Origin: Dehalococcoidia bacterium
GTDB lineage: Bacteria > Chloroflexota > Dehalococcoidia > UBA2979
Assembly (NCBI GenBank): GCA_964291495.2
Contig: OZ219872.1
Location: 512,001-576,000, forward strand
Length of the DNA: 64,000 bases
Direction: 5' to 3'
The notes beneath the pieces were generated by a model. It searched no databases, had not been told where the DNA came from, and worked only from the letters and a program-made list of their open reading frames with translations. Numbering within the stretch: position 1 is the first letter of the stretch; every line of letters starts with the position of its first letter. Below are positions 36,958 to 46,818 of this stretch, in pieces. The translations under genes and the position numbers were made by a program.

Positions 36958-39596
36958 GCGCCCAGCTCCGCCAGCTCCTCGAGCGTCACGCGCGCGACGC
37001 GGCGGCCCAGCGCGAGCAGCGATTCGAGGTCGCCGAGCGCCTGCGCGCGCTGCAGCTCGCCGAAGCCGGCCGCCCGGCCGGGGATCGCGAGGTCATGGTC
37101 CTCCTCGCGCACGATCTGGATGCACACGGCGCTGTCCGGGCCGCCCTTGTGCAGCTGGCCGGTGGAGTGCAGGAAGCGCGGGCCGAAGCCGACCGTGGTG
37201 GCGACGCCGTAGCTGTCGCGGAGGCGCACACGGGCGGCCTGCAGCGCCTCGACGCTGGCCTCGCTGCGCGGCAAGAACGCCTGCAGCGCGATGTACTCGC
37301 CCGGCCGCATGCCCACCAGCAGCTCGGCGGCGCCGGGCGTCGAGGGCGCCTCGTTGCCGGTCGAGTCGCCGAGGATGCGCGCGGTCGCGTCCTTCGCCTG
37401 CTGCACGTTGGGTTCGTCGAAGGGCTGGACGTCGAGCAAGGAGCCGGCGACGGCGGTGGCGACCTCCCAGCGGTAGAACTCCGCGCCCAGACCGTTGGCG
37501 TCCGCTGTGGGCAACCGCGCGACCGGGTGGCCGGTCCGTTCGAGCGCTCCGAGGCCCTCGTGATCGCCGTACGCGACGAACAGCCGATCATCGCCGTAGA
37601 CCTCGGGCGGGCCGAGCGGCTCGCCCTCGACGGGCACGATGCCGCGGCCGTCCTTGCCGGTGGACTCCGCGACCAGCTGCTCGACCCAGGCCCCGAGGGC
37701 GGCAAGCGGCGGCGTCAGCACGAGCGTCAGCTTGTCGCGGCCGCTTGCCGCCGCCGCGCCGAGGACTGCGCCGAGCCGCACGCCGGGGTTGTCGGAGGGC
37801 GGTGCGCAGGCCCCGCAGGCGCGCTGCAGCTCCACGGCCGGCGCGAGCAGGCCGCGCAGATCGACGCCCAGCAAGGCCGCTGGCACGAGGCCGAAGTACG
37901 AGAGGGCGGAGTAGCGCCCACCGATGTCCGGCGGGTTGAGGAAGACCTGCCGGAAGCCTCGCTCCTCGGCGAGGACGGCGAGCGGCGTGCCCGGGTCCGT
38001 GATCGCGGCGAAGCGCGCGCCGTCCGGCACGCGCGACCAGAAGTAGTCGAGCTGCGAGCGCGTCTCCAGCGTCGTGCCCGACTTGCTGGCGACGACGTAC
38101 AGCGTGCGCGAGAGATCGAGGCGCGCATCGAGCGCGCGGATCTCCGCCGGGTCGGTCGTGTCGAGGACGGTCAGTGCCGGGTGGCCGGGCGCGCTGCCGT
38201 GCGTGCCGGCGATCACCTCCGCCGCGAGGCTGGAGCCGCCCATGCCGAGCAGCACGACGTCGTCGACGCCCTCGGCGACGGCCTCGCGGGCGAACGCCTC
38301 GATCTCCTCGACGCGTCCGGCGAACTCCTCCGGGGCCGTCAGCCAGCCGAGGCGGTCGGCGATGCCGGCCGGGTCGTCCGCCCAGAGCGTGTGGTCGCCC
38401 GCCTGCAGGCGGCCGGCGACGTCTTCGCGAGCGAGGCGGCCGAGCGCCTCGCTCGTGGCGTCGGTGATCGGGCCGAGGTTGCCCGCGATGCGGGCGCTGC
38501 CGGAGCGGATGGCGGTCAGCGCCTCGTCGATGCAGCGCAGCAGCGCCAGGAAGTCCGCCTCGAAGGCGTCGAGGCCGTCGACGAGCAACTGGTCCGTGAC
38601 CGCCTCGAGGTCCACGCCCGCCTCGCCGAGGGCGGCGAGCGTCGCCTCCGCCTCTGCCTCGTCCTCGCGCGTGATCGCGTGCGAGGCGTCGCCGTGGTCG
38701 GCGAAGGCGTTGAGCGTGGCCTCGGGCAGCGTGTTCACCGTGTCGGGCGCGACGAGGTTGTCGACGTAGAGCACGTCGGAGTAGGCCGCGTTCTTCGTGC
38801 CGGTCGAGGCCCAGAGCGGGCGCTGCACGCGCGCGCCCGCGGCCGCGAGGCCGTCCCACATGCCGCCCGAGAAGACCTCGGCGAAGCGCGCGTAGGCGGC
38901 GCGCGCGTTGGCGATGCCCGCCTTCCCGCGCAACGGCGAGTCGTCCGGCAGCCGCCCGTCCACCTGCGTATCGACGCGCGAGACGAAGAACGAGGCGACC
39001 GAGGCGATCGCCGAGAGGTCGCGGCCCGCCTCGAGGGCCCGCTCGAGGCCGGCGACGTAGGCGCGCGCGACCGCCTCGTAGACGGCGATGTCGAAGAGCA
39101 GGGTGATGTTGACGTTGACGCCCTCGCCGATCAGCCGCTCGACGGTCTCCGGCGCGTTCGGCGTGCCGGGCACCTTGATCATCACGTTGGGCCGGCCGAC
39201 CGCCTCTACGAGGCGGCGCGCCTCGGCGATCGAGCGCTGGGAGTCGTGCTCGACGCCCGGCGGCAGCTCGAAGGAGACGTAGCCGTCCGCGCCGCCGCCC
39301 GCCTCGTAGATCGGGCGCAGCGCGTCGGCGGCCCGGCGCAGGTCGGCGCCGGCGAGGCGCACGAAGGCGTCGTAGGGGTCGCTCACTCCGGCGTCGGCGA
39401 GGGCGCGCAGCTCGTCGTCGTAGTCCGAGGAGCCGGCGATCGCCTTGCCGAAGATGGTCGGGTTGGAGGTCAGCCCGGAGACCCACTCGTCGTCGATCAG
39501 GCGCTGCAACTCGCCGGAATCGAGGAAGCCGCGGCTGATGAAGTCGAGCCAGGTGCTCTGGCCCTGCTCGTGCAGGAGCGCAAGCGACTCGCTCAT
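36954..39596 (-). CDS. Transaldolase / glucose-6-phosphate isomerase fusion
   Basis: TSNPTIF, MIKVPGT and LWASTGTK, then GMGGSSL, SKSGTT, IGGRYS and QLVAESTGK. Confidence 0.93.
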   Translation of the reverse strand: MSESLALLHEQGQSTWLDFISRGFLDSGELQRLIDDEWVSGLTSNPTIFGKAIAGSSDYDDELRALADAGVSDPYDAFVRLAGADLRRAADALRPIYEAGGGADGYVSFELPPGVEHDSQRSIAEARRLVEAVGRPNVMIKVPGTPNAPETVERLIGEGVNVNITLLFDIAVYEAVARAYVAGLERALEAGRDLSAIASVASFFVSRVDTQVDGRLPDDSPLRGKAGIANARAAYARFAEVFSGGMWDGLAAAGARVQRPLWASTGTKNAAYSDVLYVDNLVAPDTVNTLPEATLNAFADHGDASHAITREDEAEAEATLAALGEAGVDLEAVTDQLLVDGLDAFEADFLALLRCIDEALTAIRSGSARIAGNLGPITDATSEALGRLAREDVAGRLQAGDHTLWADDPAGIADRLGWLTAPEEFAGRVEEIEAFAREAVAEGVDDVVLLGMGGSSLAAEVIAGTHGSAPGHPALTVLDTTDPAEIRALDARLDLSRTLYVVASKSGTTLETRSQLDYFWSRVPDGARFAAITDPGTPLAVLAEERGFRQVFLNPPDIGGRYSALSYFGLVPAALLGVDLRGLLAPAVELQRACGACAPPSDNPGVRLGAVLGAAAASGRDKLTLVLTPPLAALGAWVEQLVAESTGKDGRGIVPVEGEPLGPPEVYGDDRLFVAYGDHEGLGALERTGHPVARLPTADANGLGAEFYRWEVATAVAGSLLDVQPFDEPNVQQAKDATARILGDSTGNEAPSTPGAAELLVGMRPGEYIALQAFLPRSEASVEALQAARVRLRDSYGVATTVGFGPRFLHSTGQLHKGGPDSAVCIQIVREEDHDLAIPGRAAGFGELQRAQALGDLESLLALGRRVARVTLEELAELGA

Positions 39597-39740
39597 GGGT
39601 CGGACCTCCTCGGACACGGGGAGCGGGCGCACGGCCGTCGTGCGCATCGTAGTCGAGATTCGGCTGCATGGCAGCGCCTCCGCCCGCCGGGCGAAGCCTT
39701 CGATGGCGGATGAGGCCACGAGGCCGCCCGCGCGCCCTTC

Positions 39741-40190
39741 GTGGGGGGCTGCGCCCCCCACACCCCCATCCCGGACGAGCACGCGCTACGCGCGGCTCGA
39801 ACCCGCCCACCCACCCTCGGATTTCTCTTCTGTGGGGGCTTCGCCCCCACGCCCCCATAGGTCCGCCGCGCGCCACGAGCCCCGAGCGCGCACCCGATTC
39901 CCAAGGCCGGATCCGCCCCCTCTCCCTGGGGAGAGGGCGGGGGTGAGGGGGAGACTCCCGCGCACCCCCGAACCCAGCGAGGGCGCACCCAACTCCCGAC
40001 GCCGGATCCGGCCCCCTCTCCCCGGGGAGAGGGCGGGGGTGAGGGGGAGACTCCCGCGCGACCCCGAACCCAGCGAGGGCGCACCCAACTCCCGACGCCG
40101 GATCCGGCCCCCTCTCCCTGGGGAGAGGGCAGGGGTGAGGGGGAAGACTCCCGCGCGACCCCGAACCCAGCGAGGGCGCACCCAACCCCG
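39741..40190. repeat. Repeat cluster: two GGGGGCT(G/T)CGCCCCC hairpins plus three tandem ~95-bp units carrying CCCTCTCCC-N-GGGAGAGGG
   Basis: Units start near 39908, 40002 and 40098. Confidence 0.9.
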
Positions 40191-40281
40191 GAGGGCGGTC
40201 CGCCCCCGCGTCCACTCGCCGCGGGAGGGGAATCGGAAGCGTCGCTATACTCCGCAGGCGAAGACCGAGCGGAGGTGGGCG

Positions 40282-41085
40282 ATGGGCGAGTTCGTGCAGT
40301 ACGAGGTGGAGGGCCGGATTGCGACGGCGACGCTGAACCGCCCGGAGCGGCTCAACGCGATGAACACGCCGCTGATCAACGAGCTGGTCGGCTACCTCGA
40401 GCAGGCCGCGGACGACCCCGGCGTACACGTCGCCATCGTGCAGGGCGCGGGCCGCGCCTTCTCGACTGGCTACGAGATCGGCGAGCAGCGCGAGCACAAC
40501 CGCGAGTGGTCGCCCGCACTGGACCGCGATCTGATCGAGACGCGCCTGCTCACCTGGCTGCGCATCCCCGAGATCCGGCTGCCGATCATCGCCAAGGTGC
40601 ATGGCTACTGCATCGCCGGCGCCACGCAGCTCGCGAGCATCTGCGACGTGACCTTCGCCGCCGAGGACACGCGCGTCGGCAGCGGGCCGCAGCTGCCCCT
40701 CGGCGCGGGCTTCGTGACGGCCTTCTGGGCCTGGCACATCGGACCGAAGCGCGCGAAGCGCTACGCCTTCCCCTCGGGCGAGTTCATCACGGGCACCGAG
40801 GCGGCCGAGCTCGGCCTCTTCAACGAGGCCGTCCCGGCGGATCAGCTCGACGCCTACGTCCTCGACTACGCACAGCGCATCTCGCTCGTCCCGAAGGACG
40901 TGCTCGTGATCCACAAGCTGACCGCGAACCGCATCCAGGAGATCCAGGGCTTCCGCTCCTCGCTCCGCGCCGGTGCCGAACTGGACGCCATCGCCCACTT
41001 CTCCCCCGAGGTCGAGAAGCTGCGCGCCAGCGCGCGCGAGCTGGGCGTGCGCGGCGCCATCGACGCCTGGAGGGCGCAGCTCTAG
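40282..41085 (+). CDS. Enoyl-CoA hydratase/isomerase family protein
   Basis: TLNRPERLNAM, GRAFSTG and IAKVHGYCIAG motifs; GGAGG RBS. Confidence 0.9.
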   Translation: MGEFVQYEVEGRIATATLNRPERLNAMNTPLINELVGYLEQAADDPGVHVAIVQGAGRAFSTGYEIGEQREHNREWSPALDRDLIETRLLTWLRIPEIRLPIIAKVHGYCIAGATQLASICDVTFAAEDTRVGSGPQLPLGAGFVTAFWAWHIGPKRAKRYAFPSGEFITGTEAAELGLFNEAVPADQLDAYVLDYAQRISLVPKDVLVIHKLTANRIQEIQGFRSSLRAGAELDAIAHFSPEVEKLRASARELGVRGAIDAWRAQL

Positions 41086-41117
41086 GCGCGGCTCCGGCCG
41101 GCGCCGGCGGCGTTCCG

Positions 41118-42125
41118 ATGGCGCGCTCGGAGACGGTAGTCGACGCCGCCGGCGTCGCGGTGCGCCTGTCCAGCCCGGACAAGGTGATGTTCCCCGAGCG
41201 CGGCTGGACGAAGCTCGATGTCGCGCAGCACTACCTGCGCTGCGCCGAGGGCGTGCTACGCGCCATCGGCGGGCGGCCCTGTCTGCTCAAGCGCTGGCCG
41301 CAAGGCGCGGGCGGCGAGCCGTTCTACCAGAAGCGCGCTCCGAAGGCGGCGCGCGAGACCGCCTGGATCACCTTCCCCTCGGCGCGGCCCGGCCGCATGG
41401 TCGTCGCGCGTGAGCTGCAGGACGTGATCTGGATGGTCCAGCTCAACTGCCTCGACCTGCACAGCTGGCCCGTCACCACCGAGGACCTCGACCGCCCCGA
41501 CGAGCTGCGCCTCGACCTCGATCCCGCCGAGGGCGCGGACTTCGAGCTGGCTCGACCGGTCGCCGCGCTCTGCCGCGACGTGCTCGCCGAACACGGCCTG
41601 GAGGGGCGGCCGAAGACCTCGGGCTCGCGCGGCATCCACATCTACGTCCCGATCGAGCCGCGCTGGAGCTTCCACGAGGTGCGCCGCGCCTCGCTGGCCC
41701 TCGCGCGGGAGGTCGAGCGCCGCGAGCCGGGCCTCGCGACGACCGAGTGGTGGAAGGAGCGTCGCCGCGGCGTCTTCATCGACTACAACCAGAACGCGCG
41801 GGACAAGACGATCGCCAGCGCCTACAGCGTGCGCCACACCGGCCTCGTTTCCGCCCCCTTCGCCTGGGACGAGCTGGAGACGATCGACCCGCACGCGCTC
41901 GACCTCGAAGCATTCGCGGAGCGCTGGGACGCCCTCGGCGACGTCGCCGCGACGATCGAGGCGCCGCCCGGCCGCCTCGACAGCCTGCTCGCACTGGCGG
42001 ATGCGGACGACGCGCGCGGACTCGGCGACGCGCCGTGGCCCCCGCACTATCCGAAGCAGCCGGGCGAGCCGCCCCGCGTCCAGCCCTCGAAACGCGCGAC
42101 CCCGAAGGCGGACGCCACTCCGTAG
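41118..42125 (+). CDS. Stand-alone LigD-type primase-polymerase (Prim-PolC-like)
   Basis: LSSPDKVMFP, FYQK, RLDLDP, KTSGSRGIH, DYNQN and a C-terminal PHYPKQPGEPPRVQPS. Confidence 0.9.
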   Translation: MARSETVVDAAGVAVRLSSPDKVMFPERGWTKLDVAQHYLRCAEGVLRAIGGRPCLLKRWPQGAGGEPFYQKRAPKAARETAWITFPSARPGRMVVARELQDVIWMVQLNCLDLHSWPVTTEDLDRPDELRLDLDPAEGADFELARPVAALCRDVLAEHGLEGRPKTSGSRGIHIYVPIEPRWSFHEVRRASLALAREVERREPGLATTEWWKERRRGVFIDYNQNARDKTIASAYSVRHTGLVSAPFAWDELETIDPHALDLEAFAERWDALGDVAATIEAPPGRLDSLLALADADDARGLGDAPWPPHYPKQPGEPPRVQPSKRATPKADATP

Positions 42126-42168
42126 CCCGGCCCGCCGGCGCCTCCTCTGACTTCCGTCTCTCCCGCGG

Positions 42169-42400
42169 GAGACCCTTGCGAAACTCCGACAAGCCCGATC
42201 CGGCCCCCTCCGGCCCCCTCTCCTGGGGGAGAGGGTGGGGGTGAGGGGGCTCGCCGGCGCTGCGCGCGGCTCGATGGGTTGTTGCGCCCTCGGGGTACGT
42301 GCCCGGCGGGAGTCGGAATGAGCACGCGCTACGCGCGGCTCGGGCCCACCCGCCCGCCCTCGAATTCCTTTCATGTGGGGGCTGCGCCCCCACGCCCCCG
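42169..42400. repeat. Partial MITE end plus REP-like modules
   Basis: GAGACCCTTGCGAAACTCC at 42169; 42320-42400 resembles 39777-39856. Confidence 0.8.
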
Positions 42401-42469
42401 CCGGATCGGCGAACGTGGCGGGGCCTTCGCCGGCGCACCGCACTCTCGATGGCGTCCGACCCTCTCCAG

Positions 42470-42764
42470 GAGACCTTTGCGAGACTCCCACAGGCCCGAT
42501 CCGGCCCCCTCTCCCTGGGGAGAGGGCGGGGGTGAGGGGGAGGACTCCCGCGCCCCTTCGAAAGCACCGGCGGCGCAACGAAACTCCGGAGGGCAGATCC
42601 TCCCTCACCCTGGCCCTCTCCCTCGGGGAGAGGGGACCGGAGGGGATGCGCTCGCTGCCCCGAGGTGAGAGGGGACCGGAGGAGATGGGCGCGCTGCCCC
42701 GAGGTGAGAGGGGACCGGAGGAGATGGGCGCGCTGCCCCGAGGTGAGGGTTACGCGAAGGTCTC
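42470..42764. mobile_element. MITE-like element, second copy, with internal 39-bp tandem expansion
   Basis: GAGACCTTTGCG...CGCGAAGGTCTC ends; 39-bp period at 42654, 42693 and 42732. Confidence 0.7.
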
Positions 42765-42830
42765 CGCCGGGGAAAGGGGGGAGCCCCAAAAAGACGGAGG
42801 CGACGGAGCCCCGATGGCGTAGCCGCCGAC

Positions 42831-43577
42831 TCAGCGCATCATCCGCCCACCGTTGACGTACAGCGTCTGGCCGGTGATGAAGCCCGAGCGCTCGGAGGCG
42901 AGGAAGGCGCAGGCCCAGGCGACGTCCTCGGGCGTGCCCCAGCGGCCCAGCGGGACGGCGTCCGGCCCGCTCTCCGGCGGGGGACCGCCGCGCTCGCCGC
43001 TCACGTCGATGGCGGCGGGGGCGACCGTGTTGACGGTGATGCCGTGACCCCCGAGGTCGGCCGCGAGCGCCCTCGTGAGACCGAGCAGACCGGCCTTGCC
43101 GGTCAGCGTGTGGACCCGGCCCGGTTCGACGCCGAAGCCGCCGCCGACGTGGATGATGCGGCCCCAGCCCCGCTCGATCATCGAGGGCGCGACCGCCTGC
43201 GCGAGGTGGAACGAGGCGTCGAGGTTGGTCGCGAGCGCGCGCCGCCAGTCCGCGGGGCTGACGTCGAGGACGTCCTGGTGCGGGCGGGTGGCGGCGTTGC
43301 TGACGGAGATGTCAATCGAGGAGAAGCGGCGCAGCGCCTCGCCGACCAGCGCCTGCACCGCGTCCCGGTCGCCGACGTCGCCGAGCGCCACGAGAGCGTC
43401 CGCGCCGAGCGTGCGCGCCTCCTCCGCGACCGCCTCGGCCTCGGCGCGGTTGCCGCGCGCGTTGACCACGACGTTGGCGCCGCGCGCCGCGAACTCCAGG
43501 AGGATGGCGCGGCCGAGGTTGCGGCCCGAGCCGGTGACGAGCGCGGTCTTGCCCTCGAGGTCACGGTCGGGCTGCAC
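42831..43577 (-). CDS. SDR oxidoreductase (FabG-like, atypical active site)
   Basis: TGSGRNLG, SNAA and ITGQTLYVNGG motifs; no YxxxK (HTLTGK instead). Confidence 0.85.
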   Translation of the reverse strand: MQPDRDLEGKTALVTGSGRNLGRAILLEFAARGANVVVNARGNRAEAEAVAEEARTLGADALVALGDVGDRDAVQALVGEALRRFSSIDISVSNAATRPHQDVLDVSPADWRRALATNLDASFHLAQAVAPSMIERGWGRIIHVGGGFGVEPGRVHTLTGKAGLLGLTRALAADLGGHGITVNTVAPAAIDVSGERGGPPPESGPDAVPLGRWGTPEDVAWACAFLASERSGFITGQTLYVNGGRMMR

Positions 43578-43669
43578 GCGCTCGCTCCTGTCGCTGCCGG
43601 CGCAAGCGTGCTCGCTGGCCGCCGGCGCGGAGACTAGCATCCCCGGCAGGGCAGGCGAGGAGGGCGAAC

Positions 43670-44524
43670 GTGCAGGATCTCAGCGGCCGGGTGGCGATCG
43701 TGGCGGGCGTCGGGAACCTCGGGCTCGCGCTGGCGCGGCGCCTCGCGGCAGAGCGGATGCGGGTCGTGCTGGCGGACATCGACGCCTCGGGACTGGCGAG
43801 CGCCGAAGCCGAGCTGCGGGCGGCAGGCGCAAGCTGCCTCGCGGTGCCGACGGACGTCGGGAAGCTTGCGGCGGTGCAGGCGCTCGCGGAGCGCGCCCTC
43901 GAGGAGTTCGGGGCGGTCCACGTGCTGTGCAACAACGTCGGCGTCAACCCTCGCAGCGCGACGCTGTGGGAGGCGAGCGACGCCGACTGGCGCTGGACGC
44001 TGGACGGCAATCTCTGGGGCACGGTGCACGCCGTGCGCGTCCTCGTGCCGATCATGCTGGCGCAGGGCGAGGGGCACATCGTCAACACCACGACCGTCCC
44101 GGCCTTCGGCGGGCGCCGCGGTAACAGCCCCTACGTGGTGAGCAAGGGCGCGATCGTGACGCTGACCGAGGTGCTCCACCACGAGCTCGCCGCGACCGGC
44201 TCGGAGGTGCGGGCCTCGCTCCTCATCCCCGGTCGCATCTCCGGAGGGATCGCGAGGAGCGAGCGCCCCGAGGAGTACCGCGAGCCCGGCGACGAGGAGC
44301 GGGTGGCGCTGGAGCGCGCGCGCTACGAGGCGCGCATGCGCGACCGGCAGGCGGAGCCCGAGGACGAGTACCGCACGCCGGAGCAGATCGCGGAGCTGGT
44401 CTGCGAAGCGATCCGCGAGGAGCGCTTCTACGTGCTCACGCAGGCGGAGCGGGCGATCGAGCAGATACGACGCCGCACCGAGGCGATCGCCTCGGGCGGG
44501 GATCCAGTGCTGTTCAGCGGCTGA
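43670..44524 (+). CDS. Short-chain dehydrogenase/reductase
   Basis: NNVG and YVVSK motifs; same subfamily as the SDRs at 26548 and 27409. Confidence 0.88.
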   Translation: MQDLSGRVAIVAGVGNLGLALARRLAAERMRVVLADIDASGLASAEAELRAAGASCLAVPTDVGKLAAVQALAERALEEFGAVHVLCNNVGVNPRSATLWEASDADWRWTLDGNLWGTVHAVRVLVPIMLAQGEGHIVNTTTVPAFGGRRGNSPYVVSKGAIVTLTEVLHHELAATGSEVRASLLIPGRISGGIARSERPEEYREPGDEERVALERARYEARMRDRQAEPEDEYRTPEQIAELVCEAIREERFYVLTQAERAIEQIRRRTEAIASGGDPVLFSG

Positions 44525-44569
44525 CGAGGCCTCGCGGAGGTCGCCCGGCGTCGACGCGCCCTCCGGCCC

Positions 44570-45030
44570 CGTTCCGGCCCCCTCTCCCTGGGGGAGAGGG
44601 CGGGGGTGAGGGGGAGGACTCTCGCGCTCCCCCGAAAGCCCCAATGGCGCAACGAGACTCCGGAGGGCGCCTCGGGCCACGTTGCGTCAGCGGGGCCGGC
44701 GCGCCATCGGCGCTGTCGGGAACTCGGCGGTTGGTGGGCGCGCCTGGATTCCGGCTTTCGCCGGAATGACAGGAAGGCGAGCCCTCCGGGCCCCCTCTCC
44801 CCGGGGAGAGGGCGGGGGTGAGGGGGAGGACTCTCACGCTCCCCCGAAAGCCCCGAGGGCGCACGAGACTCCAGAGGGCGCCTCCGGGGCACGTTGCGTC
44901 AGCGGGCCTGTTGCGCCATCCGCGCTGTCGAGGGCTCGGCGCTGGGTGGGCGTGCCTGGATTCCGGCTTTCGCCGGAATGACGAGAAGCGTGTGTCGGCG
45001 TGACGAGAAGGGCGTGCCGGAATGACGGGA
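44570..45030. repeat. Two ~212-bp tandem units combining CCCTCTCCC/GGGAGAGGG and GGATTCCGGCTTTCGCCGGAATGAC palindromes
   Basis: The second motif occurs at 44746-44770 and 44958-44982, with a partial copy near 45016. Confidence 0.9.
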
Positions 45031-45088
45031 GGGCGCGCCCTTCTTCGCCCAAACCTCTCCCTGCGGGGGGCTCCTCGAACGGCGCGAG

Positions 45089-45484
45089 CTACGAGGTGTG
45101 CTGCGCGACGATCGCTCGCGCTTCGTCGCCGACGCCCGGCAACGCCGCCCGGAACGCGTCATCGTCCAGCGAGGCCGCGACCTTCGGATAGCCCGCGCGC
45201 TCGATCATCGGTCGCAGGCGGCCGCGCTCGAAACGCTCCAACACCCAGTCGAGGGGATCGCCGGCCGCCGTCGCGTCCAGCATCAGGCGCTCGTTGCCCA
45301 GCTCCGGCCCGTAGTGGTAGTGAGGCGCCTCGCGGAAACAGTCGAAGCGCAGCAGCTCGGTGTCCTGTCCAGCGACGTCGGCATAGATCTGAATGCACAG
45401 CCCGCCGTCGCCCGGGATCTCTCCCCGGTAGCTCATCGCGACCTCGACAGCCCCGGCGGCGATAACCTTCGTTCCCTTGTCCAC
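45089..45484 (-). CDS. Hypothetical protein
   Basis: ELLRFDCFREAPHYHYGP core; GGAGGGA RBS before GTG 45484 (start uncertain). Confidence 0.7.
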   Translation of the reverse strand: MDKGTKVIAAGAVEVAMSYRGEIPGDGGLCIQIYADVAGQDTELLRFDCFREAPHYHYGPELGNERLMLDATAAGDPLDWVLERFERGRLRPMIERAGYPKVAASLDDDAFRAALPGVGDEARAIVAQHTS

Positions 45485-45582
45485 GCCGACCCGTCCCTCC
45501 GCCTCGACCTGAACCCCCCGCTCGGGACGCTCGATCGAGGGCAGCAGTCTACCCGACTCACGACGCCGGACAGCCGGCGGCA

Positions 45583-46818
45583 CTAGCCGAAGACGCCGCG
45601 CTCCGCGAGCCGCGCCCGCTCGTCGCCCTCGATGCCGAACTCGCGCAGCACCTCGTGCGTGTGCTGCCCGGCGGCCGGCGCCGGTCCGCGCGGTCCGAGC
45701 TCGGCGGAGCGGATCTGGAACGGGGTGCCGAGCGTCTGGTATGGGCCGGCTTCGGGATGCTCGACATCCCGGATCCAGCCGTACTCCCGCACCTGCGGGT
45801 CGGCGATCACCTCGGGCAGTTCCGCGGCCGGAGCCCAGATCACCCCATGCTCGTCGAGGCGACCCGACCAGTAGGCGAGGTCGTGTTCGGCGAAGGCCTC
45901 CGCGATCACCGCCGCCAGCTCGCGGCCCTCCTCGGCGAAGCGCTCGGCGGCGCTGCGCTCGTCCAGCGCCAGTCCGGGCCGGTCAATCGCGGCGCAGAAC
46001 CGGTCCCAGTAGCGGTCCGGTTGCAGCATCACCAGCACGATCCAGCGCCCGTCCTTCGTCTGGTACGAGTTCCAGATCGGGTTCGTCGGCGCCTCGCGAT
46101 CGTGCCGCGGGGCGGCCTTGCCGGACACGAGCGCTGCGGAGAAGTCCGTGCCGACAGTCCACATTCCGGAGCCGTGGAGGGTGACCTCCACGTACTGCCC
46201 CTCGCCGCTCTGGTCGCGAAGCCTGAGGGCGGCGAGCACCGCCGCGAGGAGGTTGACGCTCGTCATGTGGTCGCCCTGGCCCGGCCGGTTGAGCGGCGGG
46301 GGCGAGCCGGGAGGCTGTTGCAGCGCCGCCATCACCCCGGAGCGCGCCCAGAACGCCGAGTAGTCGAAGCCCGCGCGATCCGCGTCCGGGCCCCGCGTCC
46401 CGTAGCCGGTGAGCGAGGCGTAGATGATCGAGGGACGCGCGGCGCGCAGCGCCTCCTCGGTGAGTCCGTAGCGTTCGCGCCGGGGCTGCGTGAGGTTGGT
46501 GAGGAAGACGTCCGCACGCTCGCACAGCCGCCGCACCAGGCCGGGGCCGTCCTCCCTCGTGAGGTCGACGGTGATCGATCGCTTGCCGCGGTTGTCGAGC
46601 TCGAAGGCGTAGTTGAGCGCGAAGTCGTGGTCGTAGCCGCTCGCGCGGAGGTCGTAGGAGCGGAAGGGGTCTCCGCCCGGCGGCTCCACCTTCACGACGT
46701 CCGCGCCGAGGTCGGCCATCAGGGCGCCGGCGCTCGGCGCGGCCAGCCAGTTGGCGGCCTCGATCACGACGATGCCGCTCAGCGGTCCGGACACGGCCGA
46801 CCCTCCTCCGCTACTCAC
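45583..46818 (-). CDS. CoA-transferase family III
   Basis: GADVVKVEPPGGD, NRGKRSI and GDH motifs. Confidence 0.92.
   Translation of the reverse strand: MSSGGGSAVSGPLSGIVVIEAANWLAAPSAGALMADLGADVVKVEPPGGDPFRSYDLRASGYDHDFALNYAFELDNRGKRSITVDLTREDGPGLVRRLCERADVFLTNLTQPRRERYGLTEEALRAARPSIIYASLTGYGTRGPDADRAGFDYSAFWARSGVMAALQQPPGSPPPLNRPGQGDHMTSVNLLAAVLAALRLRDQSGEGQYVEVTLHGSGMWTVGTDFSAALVSGKAAPRHDREAPTNPIWNSYQTKDGRWIVLVMLQPDRYWDRFCAAIDRPGLALDERSAAERFAEEGRELAAVIAEAFAEHDLAYWSGRLDEHGVIWAPAAELPEVIADPQVREYGWIRDVEHPEAGPYQTLGTPFQIRSAELGPRGPAPAAGQHTHEVLREFGIEGDERARLAERGVFG

Noticed and set aside
39908-40190. Possible CRISPR array
   Set aside because: Whole ~95-bp units repeat with no unique spacers, and no cas genes are present.
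39597-40281. ORFs or N-terminal extensions running through repeat clusters (also 42126-42830 and 44525-45088)
   Set aside because: Translations of palindromic repeats; the real genes have their own RBS and start outside the repeats.
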